A stretch of 64,000 nucleotides of DNA from Firmicutes bacterium UBA5493 (GCA_002424045.1 DIPH01000044.1:35038-99037), one strand, 5' to 3'; positions 9,881-24,395 are shown, counted from the stretch's first letter. Translations and numbers: made by a program. The notes: generated by a model not told the origin, from the sequence alone.

Positions 9881-9921
9881 TGGGGCAACCCATCTTCCAT
9901 AATGGGGGCAACCCATCTTCC
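9867..9921. repeat. Tandem repeat, about 2.5 copies of CCCATCTTCCATAATGGGG(G)CAA
   Basis: Copies start at 9867, 9889 and 9912; each full unit is self-complementary (CCCAT...ATGGG). Confidence 0.85.
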
Positions 9922-9946
9922 GTGACACGAATAATTCTGTTATAAT
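9918..9946 (+). promoter_or_regulatory. Probable smpB promoter
   Basis: Extended -10 TGnTATAAT (TATAAT at 9941-9946); weak -35 TTCCGT 17 nt upstream. Confidence 0.55.
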
Positions 9947-9969
9947 AACGCCAAAGGGAGTTGTTGGCT

Positions 9970-10425
9970 ATGAGTCAGATCAAGGTCATTTCTGAAAATC
10001 GCCGAGCCCGTCATGATTACTTTATTGAAGACACCATGGAAACAGGAATTGTTCTCCAAGGTACGGAGGTAAAATCTCTTCGTTTGGGTAAAGTTAATCT
10101 CCGGGACAGTTTTGCCCGTGTTGAAAATGGTGAAGTATTTCTGTATGGTATGCACATCAGTCCCTACGAGCAGGGCAACCGCTATAACCACGATCCAATT
10201 CGCCCGCGAAAACTGCTCCTCCACAAACGCGAGATTCGCCGCCTGGTTGGCAAGACCAAGGAGGATGGTTATACTCTAGTGCCCACGCGTCTCTACTTTA
10301 TAAGAGGTCGGTGCAAAGTGGAACTGGCCCTAGCTAAAGGTAAGAAACTCTACGATAAGCGCGATGCAGCAGCAAAAAGAGATGCCACCAGACGGGCCCA
10401 GCAGGCCCTCGGTCACGAGCGTTAA
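9970..10425 (+). CDS. smpB: SsrA-binding protein
   Basis: [36 protein letters not shown]. Confidence 0.97.
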   Translation: MSQIKVISENRRARHDYFIEDTMETGIVLQGTEVKSLRLGKVNLRDSFARVENGEVFLYGMHISPYEQGNRYNHDPIRPRKLLLHKREIRRLVGKTKEDGYTLVPTRLYFIRGRCKVELALAKGKKLYDKRDAAAKRDATRRAQQALGHER

Positions 10426-10440
10426 GGTCACAAGCGCTAA
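10411..10440 (+). repeat. 15-bp imperfect direct duplication of the smpB 3' end
   Basis: GGTCACGAGCGTTAA followed immediately by GGTCACAAGCGCTAA. Confidence 0.75.
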
Positions 10441-10451
10441 AGCCGGTGACC

Positions 10452-10480
10452 TTGACAGTGACGTGAATTTTTGATATTCT
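10452..10480 (+). promoter_or_regulatory. Sigma-A promoter of ssrA
   Basis: TTGACA-17 nt-TATTCT with TG extension. Confidence 0.75.
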
Positions 10481-10498
10481 TAAGTCGTAACACACCAT

Positions 10499-10847
10499 GG
10501 GGGTGAATTAGTTTCGACGTGGGTAGGAAGAGCATCAGAAGCGAGCCGAGGTCCCCAATGCCGCGTTAAAAGTGGGAAAGCATTAACTGCAAACAATAAT
10601 TACGCCTTAGCTGCTTAGTTCGGCTAACGTCCCTTATTTCTCTGTCTGTTAGAAATAAGACCGACGTCAACTTACAGACTACCCTTTGAGAAGAGCCCGG
10701 GGCTGAATGGGGAAATTTACGGGCTGGTTCCTCCTTTAGCTGGCCACAAAGTAGAAGGAAGAACGAGAAACCAATTTGTGGCTGCGCTCGGAGATGCTGG
10801 TGTAATTTCACTTGCGGACAGCGGTGCAACTCCGCTCACCTCCACCA
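10499..10847 (+). ncRNA. ssrA: tmRNA; tag peptide ANNNYALAA* at 10589-10618
   Basis: 5' GGGGGTG...TTCGAC, 3' T-arm and CACCTCCACCA acceptor end, canonical -YALAA tag; follows smpB. Confidence 0.95.
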
Positions 10848-10864
10848 AAACATAGGCTTTCAAC

Positions 10865-10892
10865 AAAGAGTCTTCCTACAGGCTCTTTTTTT
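10865..10892 (+). terminator. ssrA terminator
   Basis: AAAGAGTCT-loop-AGGCTCTTT followed by a T run. Confidence 0.7.
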
Positions 10893-10903
10893 CTGCCCAT
10901 AAC

Positions 10904-10935
10904 AAAAATCCCCTGTCCGCCATTGGACAGAGGAT
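10904..10935 (-). terminator. secG terminator
   Basis: ATCCCCTGTCC/GGACAGAGGAT stem next to an A run on the plus strand. Confidence 0.55.
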
Positions 10936-10950
10936 GATGTGCGAAAATGG

Positions 10951-11172
10951 TTAGAACCACACAGACAAAATGACAGAAAGGACCATGAAACCGACAGCAA
11001 GATAGGTAGTTGCCGTGGCAAGGATTTCTTCGCTTCCTTTGCGCTGGCTGAAGAACATCCGACTTCCTCCACCGATAGAGCCTAAACCTTCACCTTTGCT
11101 CTCCTGAAGTACCACCGCGACGATCAAAGCAATACACACAATAAACTGGATAATCATCAAAAAGGTTCCCAT
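10951..11172 (-). CDS. secG: Preprotein translocase subunit SecG
   Basis: Two TMs flanking VLQESKGEGLGSIGGG; typical eno-secG-smpB neighbourhood. Confidence 0.92.
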   Translation of the reverse strand: MGTFLMIIQFIVCIALIVAVVLQESKGEGLGSIGGGSRMFFSQRKGSEEILATATTYLAVGFMVLSVILSVWF

Positions 11173-11247
11173 AGTCTTATGACACCTCCCTGCCCATTTA
11201 TAACACTACTAGGTTATTCTATCACAGTGTCATGCCGCAGGCAAGAG

Positions 11248-11272
11248 AAAAACGGCTACAACCTGCGTAGCC
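11248..11272 (-). terminator. Terminator after the ComEC-like gene
   Basis: GGCTAC-loop-GTAGCC followed by GTTTTT on the minus strand. Confidence 0.55.
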
Positions 11273-11286
11273 AGGCGTCACTCCTC

Positions 11287-12080
11287 CTAGTTGAGGAGAC
11301 CATTGATCCGATCGAACTGCGAAATCACAGTATAGTTTCCATCGCCTTTGGTGGACACCAAGACAGAACCATCAATGCTGGTAATATAGGTATCTGTACC
11401 AGCCTTGGAATAATTACGGTAGATGCGCAGTTCTTCGATGGCGTCACTTATCATCACCGCCACCGTGGCACCAACTGCGTCGCGAAACGGTCTACTCGAA
11501 GAAGTGCCTGCTCCATGGTGAGGTACTTTCAGCACACCAGACTTCAACCGTTCACCATACTTAGCAGCAATTTCCCGTTCTGAGGCTGTGTACAGATCAC
11601 CTGCGAACAAGAACGATGAATCGCCATAGGTCAGCTTCATCAGCAGGGACAGGTTGTTGATAAACTGGGTGCTTCCCTCAGGATACCCTTCGTAGTACTC
11701 GATGCCAGCCCTTGGGTGAAAAACCTCCACCAAGACATGATCACCAAACATAAAAGTGTCACCCTCCGCCAAAATCACGTGGGGAGTCTCAGTCGCCTCC
11801 AATGCTTCCGTGTAATTACGGTAGTGGGACGAGGGATACTCCACTTCTGTGGTGTACACTGCCCCAATGTCGTAGGCATGAATCAATTGTGCAAAGCTCC
11901 CCACGTGATGAACATGGGGGTGCGATGCTACCAAGTAATCAATACGGGTTATACCCAAGGACTCCAGGGCATTTTGAATGTCAATGAAGGTACTGGGATT
12001 GCCAGCGTCCACAATCATCACTTTGCCATCTGGTGAAGTTAGAATTGTCCGCTTTTATCGTCGCTCCTGGTGAGGTTCAC
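11287..12080 (-). pseudogene. ComEC/Rec2-like metallo-beta-lactamase-fold protein, 5'-truncated and frameshifted
   Basis: ORF 11287-12021 has SHPHVHHVG, NNLS, FAGD, KVPHHG. The in-frame upstream TILTSPDGKVM ends at a stop, while ...DDKSG lies in another frame; no RBS or signal peptide. Confidence 0.6.
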
Positions 12081-12111
12081 TATCATAGAACATCAAATTC
12101 GGGCAAAACTT

Positions 12112-12149
12112 AAAAAAGCGGCAAGGCCCTAAAGATAGGACTTTGCCGC
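12112..12149 (-). terminator. Terminator of the glycolytic operon
   Basis: Imperfect GCGGCAA...TTGCCGC stem followed by TTTTTT on the minus strand. Confidence 0.75.
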
Positions 12150-12166
12150 CTGAGGCGAGACGTCTG

Positions 12167-14985
<2,819 letters not shown>

Positions 14986-15007
14986 CGTTTCACACACCTT
15001 TTGGGAT

Positions 15008-15751
15008 CTAGTACTTGATTATACCAACAAAATCCTCAACGTTAAGACTTGCACCGCCTACTAACGCTCCGTCGATTTCGGGTTGATCCATAAATTCCGT
15101 TATATTTCCAGGCTTGACGCTGCCTCCGTATTGAATGCGGACCTTTTGAGCCAATTCAGGGCCGAAGAGCTTTGACAAAGTCTGGCGAATGGAACCGATG
15201 ACTTGATTGGCATCGTTTCCATTGGAGGTTTCCCCCGTGCCAATGGCCCAAATCGGCTCATAGGCAATGACAACTTGATCAATCTGCTCCGGATTAACAC
15301 CGGCAAGCCCCTTTGTAGTCTGGGCCACCACGATATTCTCTGTCTCCCCAGCCTTACGCTGAGCTAGAGTTTCGCCTACACAGAGAATGGGCCTCAAACC
15401 TACTTCTAGCGCTTTGAGTACCTTCTTGTTGATGAGCTCATCATCTTCCTTGAAGATTTCCCTGCGTTCGGAGTGGCCTAAGATGACATATTCACAGCCC
15501 ACATCTTCTAACATGGCTGCCGATACCTCTCCCGTGTAGGCTCCCTGGTCAGCAAAGTACATGTTTTGAGCCCCAATTTTCACTTTGCTTAATCCCAAGG
15601 CATTCAGCGATGAAAGACAGGTAAAAGGCGCACAGATGACAACCTCAACAGAGCTTTCCAAAACCAATTCATCAAGCTTGCGAGCGAGCTCTATAGCTTC
15701 ACCTACATTTTTGTGCATTTTCCAGTTTCCTGCAATAATTGGAGTACGCAT
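15008..15751 (-). CDS. tpiA: Triosephosphate isomerase
   Basis: AGNWKM, GHSERR, AYEPIWAIGTG, YGGSVK, LVGGASL. Confidence 0.98.
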   Translation of the reverse strand: MRTPIIAGNWKMHKNVGEAIELARKLDELVLESSVEVVICAPFTCLSSLNALGLSKVKIGAQNMYFADQGAYTGEVSAAMLEDVGCEYVILGHSERREIFKEDDELINKKVLKALEVGLRPILCVGETLAQRKAGETENIVVAQTTKGLAGVNPEQIDQVVIAYEPIWAIGTGETSNGNDANQVIGSIRQTLSKLFGPELAQKVRIQYGGSVKPGNITEFMDQPEIDGALVGGASLNVEDFVGIIKY

Positions 15752-15761
15752 AATCTCACCT

Positions 15762-16943
15762 CTATTTATCATTTAAAGCGGCCACACCCGGCAGAACCCT
15801 GCCTTCTAAGAATTCCAGGGAAGCGCCACCACCAGTGGAGACATGAGTCATTTTATCAGCGAGACCCATCTGTTCTACGGCCGCGGCTGAATCTCCGCCA
15901 CCAATGATGGAAACTGCGGAAGAATCGGCCAACGCTTTGGCTACGCCTTCGGTTCCGGCAGCGAAAGCCTCCAACTCAAAGACTCCCATAGGCCCATTCC
16001 AGACCACTGTTCCAGCCGTCTTTACCACTTCACTGAAAAGTGCCGTTGTCTTAGGACCCATATCTAGGCCTTCCCAGCCCGCAGGGATCGCTTCAACATT
16101 AACAACCTTATGTTCAGTATCTGCAGTGCGTTCTTTTCCTACCACAATGTCCACGGGAAGCAAGAGTTTTACGCCCTTTTCCTTTGCCTTGACCATGATA
16201 TCTCGGCAGAAATCTAAACGCTCTGGATCCAAGAGCGAATTTCCGATCTCGTATCCCTGCGCCTTGAAGAAGGTGTAAGCCATCCCTCCGCCAATAATTA
16301 GGGTATCCGCCTTGTTCAAAAGTGACTCAATGACACCTATCTTATCTTTAACCTTAGCGCCACCTAAAATAGCCACAAAGGGACGTTTAGGTTCATCCAA
16401 TGCTCCACCCAGAAACTCCAGCTCTTTCTCCATGAGAAAACCAGAGACTGCCGGCAGATAGTCGGCAACTCCCGTTGTAGAGGCGTGGGCCCGGTGGGCT
16501 GTGCCGAAGGCGTCATTCACATAAATGTCTCCTAGGGCAGCTAAGGTTTTGGCAAACTCTGGATCGTTTTTCTCCTCTTCAGCATAGAAGCGCACATTCT
16601 CAAGTACAAGGACTTCACCTGCTTTAAGGGCGTCTACCGCTTTTTCCACTTCAGGTCCTATGCAGTCATCGATCTTCTGAACAGACTGGCCCAAAAGTTC
16701 ACCCAAACGCTTGGCAATAGGATCAAGGCGTAAGTCCTCATTTACTTTGCCCTTCGGGCGTCCAAAGTGTGACATGAGGATCACTTTTCCGCCTTGTTCG
16801 ACCACATGCTTTATCGTAGGTAACGCAGCTCGAATCCTCTTGTCGTCCGTTATGACGCCATCTTGCATGGGTACGTTGAAATCGACACGAATCAAGACCC
16901 GCTGGCCCTGTACATTAACATCGGCAATCGTTTTCTTAGCCAT
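15762..16943 (-). CDS. pgk: Phosphoglycerate kinase
   Basis: [42 protein letters not shown]. Confidence 0.98.
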   Translation of the reverse strand: MAKKTIADVNVQGQRVLIRVDFNVPMQDGVITDDKRIRAALPTIKHVVEQGGKVILMSHFGRPKGKVNEDLRLDPIAKRLGELLGQSVQKIDDCIGPEVEKAVDALKAGEVLVLENVRFYAEEEKNDPEFAKTLAALGDIYVNDAFGTAHRAHASTTGVADYLPAVSGFLMEKELEFLGGALDEPKRPFVAILGGAKVKDKIGVIESLLNKADTLIIGGGMAYTFFKAQGYEIGNSLLDPERLDFCRDIMVKAKEKGVKLLLPVDIVVGKERTADTEHKVVNVEAIPAGWEGLDMGPKTTALFSEVVKTAGTVVWNGPMGVFELEAFAAGTEGVAKALADSSAVSIIGGGDSAAAVEQMGLADKMTHVSTGGGASLEFLEGRVLPGVAALNDK

Positions 16944-16991
16944 AAAAACCCTCCTCATAGTGCATGTTTCATAAAGCGAAACAATCATCAG

Positions 16992-17019
16992 AGGATCCCC
17001 CCGCAAGACGGGGGGATCC
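16992..17019. other. Strong GC stem-loop between gap and pgk (mRNA stabiliser, processing site or partial terminator)
   Basis: Perfect 11-bp stem GGATCCCCCCG-CAAGA-CGGGGGGATCC, no U tract. Confidence 0.7.
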
Positions 17020-17030
17020 CGAACCTAATG

Positions 17031-19078
<2,048 letters not shown>

Positions 19079-19102
19079 AATTGACCACCCTCTTTGTCCC
19101 GG

Positions 19103-19138
19103 GACATTTGGCGGCCCGCCGGGGTATATTGCGTCCCA
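19103..19138 (-). promoter_or_regulatory. CggR operator (two direct repeats)
   Basis: Minus strand TGGGAC-N6-TACC-N4-CGGGCC-N6-TGTC matches the spacing of the Bacillus consensus CGGGAC-N6-TGTC-N4-CGGGAC-N6-TGTC. Confidence 0.75.
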
Positions 19139-19189
19139 CCTCATCGCTAAATATTCTTCTTTTTCCCATCGTTCCCTTCTATCTTCTTG

Positions 19190-20116
19190 TTAATACTTGG
19201 TATTCAATTTGTCAACTTGTCGCGCCTTTTCCCTAATCTGCGCAAATCGGTAATTTACTCCAGATTTACTCATTTTAGGCACCATTAAGTCCCCTATCTC
19301 CTGGAGGGAAGCATAGGGATTCTCAAGGCGTACACGGGCAATTTCCCGAAGCTTAGGGGGTAACTCTTCGAGCCCAATGGCGGCATCAATTGCTTGAATG
19401 TCCTCCAATTGATCCATGGCCGCTTTTACTGTTTTGTCCACATTGGCCGTTTCGCAGTTCACAAGGCGATTGACTTGGTTGCGCATATCCTTCATAACGC
19501 GCACATTTTCAAAGCGCAAAAGGGCGTTGTGGGCTCCCATCAAGTTAAGCACATGGACAATTTGTCCGCCATCTTTCATATAGATAACCAGAGAACCCTT
19601 TCTCTGCGTGATACCCCCATCTAACCCTAGGGATGTCATGATCTCTAGAATTTTTTCCGCCAAGCGACTCTGCTCTGTGGATATCTCCACATGGTAGGCC
19701 CGCTCAGGATTTGTAATGGAACCATTGCTTAAAAATGCTCCCCGCAAATATGCCCTTCTACAGCACTTTTTTCGAGGAATATCCAGCTCACCCAGGACAC
19801 TTTGATCTTTGAAATCCTGGTATACTTGTCCCGCTGGACCGCCTCCAAGTACGCGCACGGTACATAATTGAGACCGCCGCGAACGAGACTTCACAACCAA
19901 GACCTGTGTGGGTATGTCAGGATAAAGACCCTTAAGAAGCAGGAGAATCTTGCGAGCCACCAAAGGCGATGAATTGTTGAAATCCAAAACCTGGTTGTTG
20001 GAGCCCAAAAGAAAGCCCTCTAGCTCATAGAAGGCGCTGAGCTCCGCGATGCGACAGCAACGGGCACCTGGAATTACCCGAGCTAGTTCATGACGAACGT
20101 CATCAGAGAAACTCAT
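19190..20116 (-). CDS. whiA: DNA-binding protein WhiA
   Basis: MSFSDDVRHEL, RGAFLSNGS, NRLVNCETAN, SKSGVNYR. Confidence 0.95.
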   Translation of the reverse strand: MSFSDDVRHELARVIPGARCCRIAELSAFYELEGFLLGSNNQVLDFNNSSPLVARKILLLLKGLYPDIPTQVLVVKSRSRRSQLCTVRVLGGGPAGQVYQDFKDQSVLGELDIPRKKCCRRAYLRGAFLSNGSITNPERAYHVEISTEQSRLAEKILEIMTSLGLDGGITQRKGSLVIYMKDGGQIVHVLNLMGAHNALLRFENVRVMKDMRNQVNRLVNCETANVDKTVKAAMDQLEDIQAIDAAIGLEELPPKLREIARVRLENPYASLQEIGDLMVPKMSKSGVNYRFAQIREKARQVDKLNTKY

Positions 20117-20946
20117 TCCATCTCGCCTCCATCCTTTCCCAGAATCCAGACCCGTACACGCCATCCCTGAATTTCTGCCCTCACTATGACTGGAGTGTCC
20201 GAATCATTCATAAACTTGAAGTCAGTATAGGGCCAGGCTACGGTAGCATCTAACCCATGCTTAATATAGCTTGGCGCAACGGAATGGATACGACGCTCCA
20301 CAATTTCCATCTGCGCCTCCCGGACCGCATTATAGAGTGTGGTGGAAGACTGGCAAACGCCTCCTCCCACCCCCGGAACCACAGCTTCACCTAGAATAAT
20401 GGGAGCGTTACGATAGCCCCTTTCTACCGTTCGCTCCCCCACAACCTCATTAAACGAGAATACCTCACCAGGCAGAACCACGGTATTATTGATGGCTGCC
20501 AAAGACAGGCGAATGTTCTCCACTCGACCTGGGCTACCCAAAAGGGGAGTGGAAAAATCCCCCAATACATCCGTGAGCTCCGCCAAGTGCTCTGTGCGCA
20601 AAGAGGGAACAACCTCAATTCCTTGAAGAGCAATACGGCTCTTCGCTGGGGCTGTTACCACGCTATTCACGATGGCATCCACATCGAAATAGAGGCCATT
20701 TTCATTTGGAATAATCTCCCCTGTCACCTTGTGAAGGGAAGCGTTCACAGGAGGTCGCATCTTTGCACGTGCCATGTGTTCCACAATGACCCGAACTTCG
20801 TCCTCATAGTAGTATTCCATGATCTGCTCTTCTAAATAGACCTCGGACCGCACACCGAAAAACCTGCGGTAAATGGTGCGATACACCAAGGGAAGGCCCA
20901 CACCTAAAGTAGAAATGAGGACCATCATAGCAATCATTTTTCGCAT
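20113..20946 (-). CDS. VanW-family protein
   Basis: N-terminal TM; PGEVFSFNEVVG, GGGVCQSSTTLYNA, ERRIHS, GLDATV. Confidence 0.9.
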   Translation of the reverse strand: MRKMIAMMVLISTLGVGLPLVYRTIYRRFFGVRSEVYLEEQIMEYYYEDEVRVIVEHMARAKMRPPVNASLHKVTGEIIPNENGLYFDVDAIVNSVVTAPAKSRIALQGIEVVPSLRTEHLAELTDVLGDFSTPLLGSPGRVENIRLSLAAINNTVVLPGEVFSFNEVVGERTVERGYRNAPIILGEAVVPGVGGGVCQSSTTLYNAVREAQMEIVERRIHSVAPSYIKHGLDATVAWPYTDFKFMNDSDTPVIVRAEIQGWRVRVWILGKDGGEME

Positions 20947-21005
20947 ACTCACCCTCCTCCCTTCCCAGTCTATTCAGGAAAGAGAGGAAGTAAAACACCA
21001 AAGCT

Positions 21006-22307
21006 CTACATAGCACGTTCACCATTCTTGTGTTTCCCATGGGCACTAGCAAGGAGCATGATCTCCGCGGCAAGTTTGCGGCTATCATGACGCACCAAAT
21101 CCATGCGATCCAAAAGATCCCCTTGGTGCACCTGGAATCCTAACTTCTCGAGCCCTCCCAAGTCAACCGGTACCGGATGGGCCCCTTCTCGGGCATACTT
21201 TTTGGTCTGGGCTGCAGAAATCGTGGCTTTGTTCACCACTACACAATCTAGAATAGACTGTGTCCCAACATGGGACAACAGACCATTCACATGGTCACTT
21301 GCCGTATATCCATCGGTTTCCCCAGGTTGGGTCATAACATTGCAGACAAAAATACGCAGAGCTGTTGTTTCTGCTAGAGCGTCTACGAAACCAGGAATCA
21401 GTAAGTTGGGAATAATGCTGGTATACAAGCTGCCCGGACCAACCACCACAACGTCTGCATGAAGGATGGCTTGGATGGCCTCAGGCAAAGCTCGTGCATT
21501 TGCAGGTTCTAAGAACACTCGCTTGATCTGCTTGTTCTTCTGGGGAAGAGAGCTTTCACCCATCATGGTAGAGCCATCGCCGTAAACTGCTCCTAAACGC
21601 ACGGCTTCCAAGGTGGAGGGCAACACCTTACCCCGCACCGCAAGGACCTTACTAAAGGCGCGAATGGACTCTTCAAAATCCCCAGTAATATCTGTCATGG
21701 CAGCGATGAACAAATTACCAAAACTATGCCCCTTCAGTCCCTCACCCCAGTCAAACCGGTATTGAAAGAGGTTCTCCATGAGCGGTTCTGTATCTGCAAG
21801 GGCAATCAGGGTGTTACGGATATCCCCAGGGGGAAGAATCCCTAGATCATCCCGGATCCGTCCGGAGCTTCCTCCATCATCAGCCACTGTCACAATGGCG
21901 GTTATATTCGAGGAATACTCCTTCAAACCCCTGAGCATGGTGGCAAGACCCGTTCCACCGCCAATGGTCACGATGTGCAGTCCTTTTTGGAGGTTGCGGG
22001 TTTTGTAGACATGATCAACTAGATTAGGCACATCGGAAGGACGAATGGCTCCTACCACAGAGCGAATTCCGTTGCGAATTGCCACGGCCAAGAACAGGCC
22101 GCCTAAAATTATGAGCAAGCCCCCGAACATCAGAGGGTGGAGTTCTAAGGCTTCTACCCAAGCGAGAATTCTCTCTTCACAGCGCAAGCAGAAAGGAGCA
22201 GTCCAGATGAGAATCAAACCCGTGGCAATGGCGAAGACACCCAACACCAAAAGAGCCAGCCAACGCTTCACACGCATACCGGGGTATAGCCACTTCATTT
22301 TATGCAC
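21006..22307 (-). CDS. yvcK: YvcK/GlmR (CofD-like, UDP-GlcNAc-binding) with N-terminal TM extension
   Basis: IGGGTGL, VTVADDGGSSG, PPGDIRN, GPGSLYTS, RHD. Confidence 0.93.
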   Translation of the reverse strand: MHKMKWLYPGMRVKRWLALLVLGVFAIATGLILIWTAPFCLRCEERILAWVEALELHPLMFGGLLIILGGLFLAVAIRNGIRSVVGAIRPSDVPNLVDHVYKTRNLQKGLHIVTIGGGTGLATMLRGLKEYSSNITAIVTVADDGGSSGRIRDDLGILPPGDIRNTLIALADTEPLMENLFQYRFDWGEGLKGHSFGNLFIAAMTDITGDFEESIRAFSKVLAVRGKVLPSTLEAVRLGAVYGDGSTMMGESSLPQKNKQIKRVFLEPANARALPEAIQAILHADVVVVGPGSLYTSIIPNLLIPGFVDALAETTALRIFVCNVMTQPGETDGYTASDHVNGLLSHVGTQSILDCVVVNKATISAAQTKKYAREGAHPVPVDLGGLEKLGFQVHQGDLLDRMDLVRHDSRKLAAEIMLLASAHGKHKNGERAM

Positions 22308-22334
22308 TTTGCCCGTCCCCCTTAGGCAACATCT

Positions 22335-23057
22335 CTAAAGTCTGCTACCGGCTGCTTGATCTACAACAAAAGTGACAGATGGATGCAGCTGCAAAACCGA
22401 TGCAGGTACTTCAGGCGTCACCGGGCCCCGCACCGCAGCAAAAATAGCGTCGGCCTTGCTGCCTCCATTGGCCATAAGCACAATGCTCTTAGCATGCATA
22501 ATGCTCTTGATACCCATAGAAATGGCCTGTGTTGGGACCTCATCTAACGATGCAAAAAAACGTGCGTTATCAGAAATTGTACTCTCGGCCAAATCCACCA
22601 CTTGTGTTGTGGAACCAAAGGCAGTTCCAGGTTCATTAAAGCCGATGTGGGCGTTAGAACCAATGCCCAGCAGCTGCAAGTCAATGCCGCCAGAACGCCG
22701 AATCAACTCCTCATAGCGCCGACACTCTTCCTCGAGGTCTGCAGCCATGCCATTAGGGACATGGGAATTATCACGCCCAATATTCACTTTGGAAAAGAGG
22801 TGTTCTTCCATATAATGCCTATAACTTTGGGGATGCTCAGCCGAAAGTCCCACATACTCGTCGAGGTTGAATGTGGTGACTTGGCTAAAATCCACCCCTC
22901 GGCGATAGTACTCCTCTAGGAGTTTATAGACACCCATGGGAGAACTGCCAGTAGCTAACCCCAAGACGCTCCCGGGTTTACTCCTGATTTGTGCGCTTAC
23001 CATCTTGGCCACTTCTTCGCTCATACTGTCAAAATTATTCACTACAACAATGTTCAT
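22335..23057 (-). CDS. nagB: Glucosamine-6-phosphate deaminase
   Basis: LGLATGSSP, FNLDEY, GIGSNAHIGFNEPG, PASVLQLH. Confidence 0.96.
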   Translation of the reverse strand: MNIVVVNNFDSMSEEVAKMVSAQIRSKPGSVLGLATGSSPMGVYKLLEEYYRRGVDFSQVTTFNLDEYVGLSAEHPQSYRHYMEEHLFSKVNIGRDNSHVPNGMAADLEEECRRYEELIRRSGGIDLQLLGIGSNAHIGFNEPGTAFGSTTQVVDLAESTISDNARFFASLDEVPTQAISMGIKSIMHAKSIVLMANGGSKADAIFAAVRGPVTPEVPASVLQLHPSVTFVVDQAAGSRL

Positions 23058-23075
23058 GTCAATCACCCCTCAGTT

Positions 23076-24257
23076 CTAATCTGTACTGTACGCGACTTTA
23101 CCAGCAATAATTGTCTTTTGAACGCCGAAGCCATCTGTGAGAATCACAAAGTCAGCCCGGTTTCCTTCTCGGATCCAACCTCTATCCTTAAGTCCAATGG
23201 ACTGGGCTGGATTATGGCTTGCCATACGAAACGCATCTGAAATCGATACGCCAACGACCCCGATCATGTTGTTAACGGCCCGTAGCATAGTCAACGTGCT
23301 CCCCGCGAGGTTACCTTCTTCCAAGCGTGCTGCTCCATCTTTCACGAAGATGGGGTGATCTCCTAACATGTACTCCCCATCCGGGAGACCCGTTGCCTGC
23401 ACTGCATCTGTAATCAAGACCACTCTCTGGGCACCTACACTTCGTAGCATAACCTGGATGGCCCCAGGATGAACATGGACCAGATCGGCAATAAGTTCAG
23501 CCCAAATGCCCGGTGTGGCCAAAATCGCCCCAAGGACACCTGGTTCCCGATGATGCAGACCACGCATGCCATTATACGTATGAGTTGCGTGTGTGATGCC
23601 TGCCTCAAAACCGGCCAAGGCCTGCTCATAGGTTGCATCAGAGTGTCCGATAGAGACCATCACCCCCCGCTCCTTGAGCCAGGCTATAGCTTCAAGGCTC
23701 CCTGGGATTTCCGGGGCGAGTGTGACCAAACGGAGTTTGTCTCCAAGGATCCCATGCAGCTCGTCAAGCTCGCTTATGTCTGCCTGCCTAATAGCGGGAC
23801 CATATTGCGCTCCTTTATACTTCTCGTTAATATAAGGACCCTCCAGATGAATGCCTAGTACCTCTGCTTCATCGTCTGCTCCGACATAGTTAGCCACCAG
23901 CTCTGCAACGGCTCGGGTTTTCTCCTTCCTCGCCGTCACGGTGCTGGGCAAAAAACCAACTGTACCGGTTGTTGCCAGATAGCGAGCCATTGTGCGCATG
24001 GCTTCTTCTGTACCATCCATGAGCTCCAGGCCTGCGGAGCCGTGCATGTGCACATCAATGAATCCAGGGGCAATGAAGCCTCCCTGCGCGTCAATGATCT
24101 CAAACACGCCTGGAATCGCAGCTTCTTTAATCCTTGCACCCTCTTCTTCATCTCCAACATACATGATGCGGTCCCCTATGGTTACAACTGTACCATTTGT
24201 AATCAACTCATCTGCAACAATGGTACCATTTGTTATAATCAAATGTTTTCTCTTCAA
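23076..24257 (-). CDS. nagA: N-acetylglucosamine-6-phosphate deacetylase
   Basis: PGFIDVHMHG, HLEGPY, TLAPE, THTYNGM, LAGS. Start uncertain (TTG 24257 after GGAGG). Confidence 0.95.
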   Translation of the reverse strand: MKRKHLIITNGTIVADELITNGTVVTIGDRIMYVGDEEEGARIKEAAIPGVFEIIDAQGGFIAPGFIDVHMHGSAGLELMDGTEEAMRTMARYLATTGTVGFLPSTVTARKEKTRAVAELVANYVGADDEAEVLGIHLEGPYINEKYKGAQYGPAIRQADISELDELHGILGDKLRLVTLAPEIPGSLEAIAWLKERGVMVSIGHSDATYEQALAGFEAGITHATHTYNGMRGLHHREPGVLGAILATPGIWAELIADLVHVHPGAIQVMLRSVGAQRVVLITDAVQATGLPDGEYMLGDHPIFVKDGAARLEEGNLAGSTLTMLRAVNNMIGVVGVSISDAFRMASHNPAQSIGLKDRGWIREGNRADFVILTDGFGVQKTIIAGKVAYSTD

Positions 24258-24343
24258 CTCGTGCACCTCCCTAGGTCTCGCACTTGGAATTCTACTATTT
24301 TTCACTACCTTCCTGCTAGGTCTGACGAAACATACCAGTTAAC

Positions 24344-24382
24344 ACAGAATAAATATTAATCTTACTTGCATATTATTGCATT
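24344..24382. promoter_or_regulatory. Tandem ArgR/AhrC (ARG) boxes
   Basis: Two 18-bp boxes with cores AGAATAAATATTAA and TGCATATTATTGCA separated by 3 bp, overlapping the -35 of the ABC promoter. Confidence 0.7.
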
Positions 24383-24395
24383 CCTGCTGTATAAT
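24366..24395 (+). promoter_or_regulatory. Sigma-A promoter of the amino-acid ABC genes
   Basis: TTGCAT-18 nt-TATAAT. Confidence 0.65.

Noticed and set aside
9867-9921. Possible mini-CRISPR array
   Set aside because: The repeats are directly adjacent with no spacers, and there are no cas genes.
10566-10829. 87-aa ORF
   Set aside because: It is antisense to tmRNA.
10847-10950. Integrated element at the tmRNA 3' end
   Set aside because: A terminator and secG follow directly; no integrase or duplicated att site was seen.
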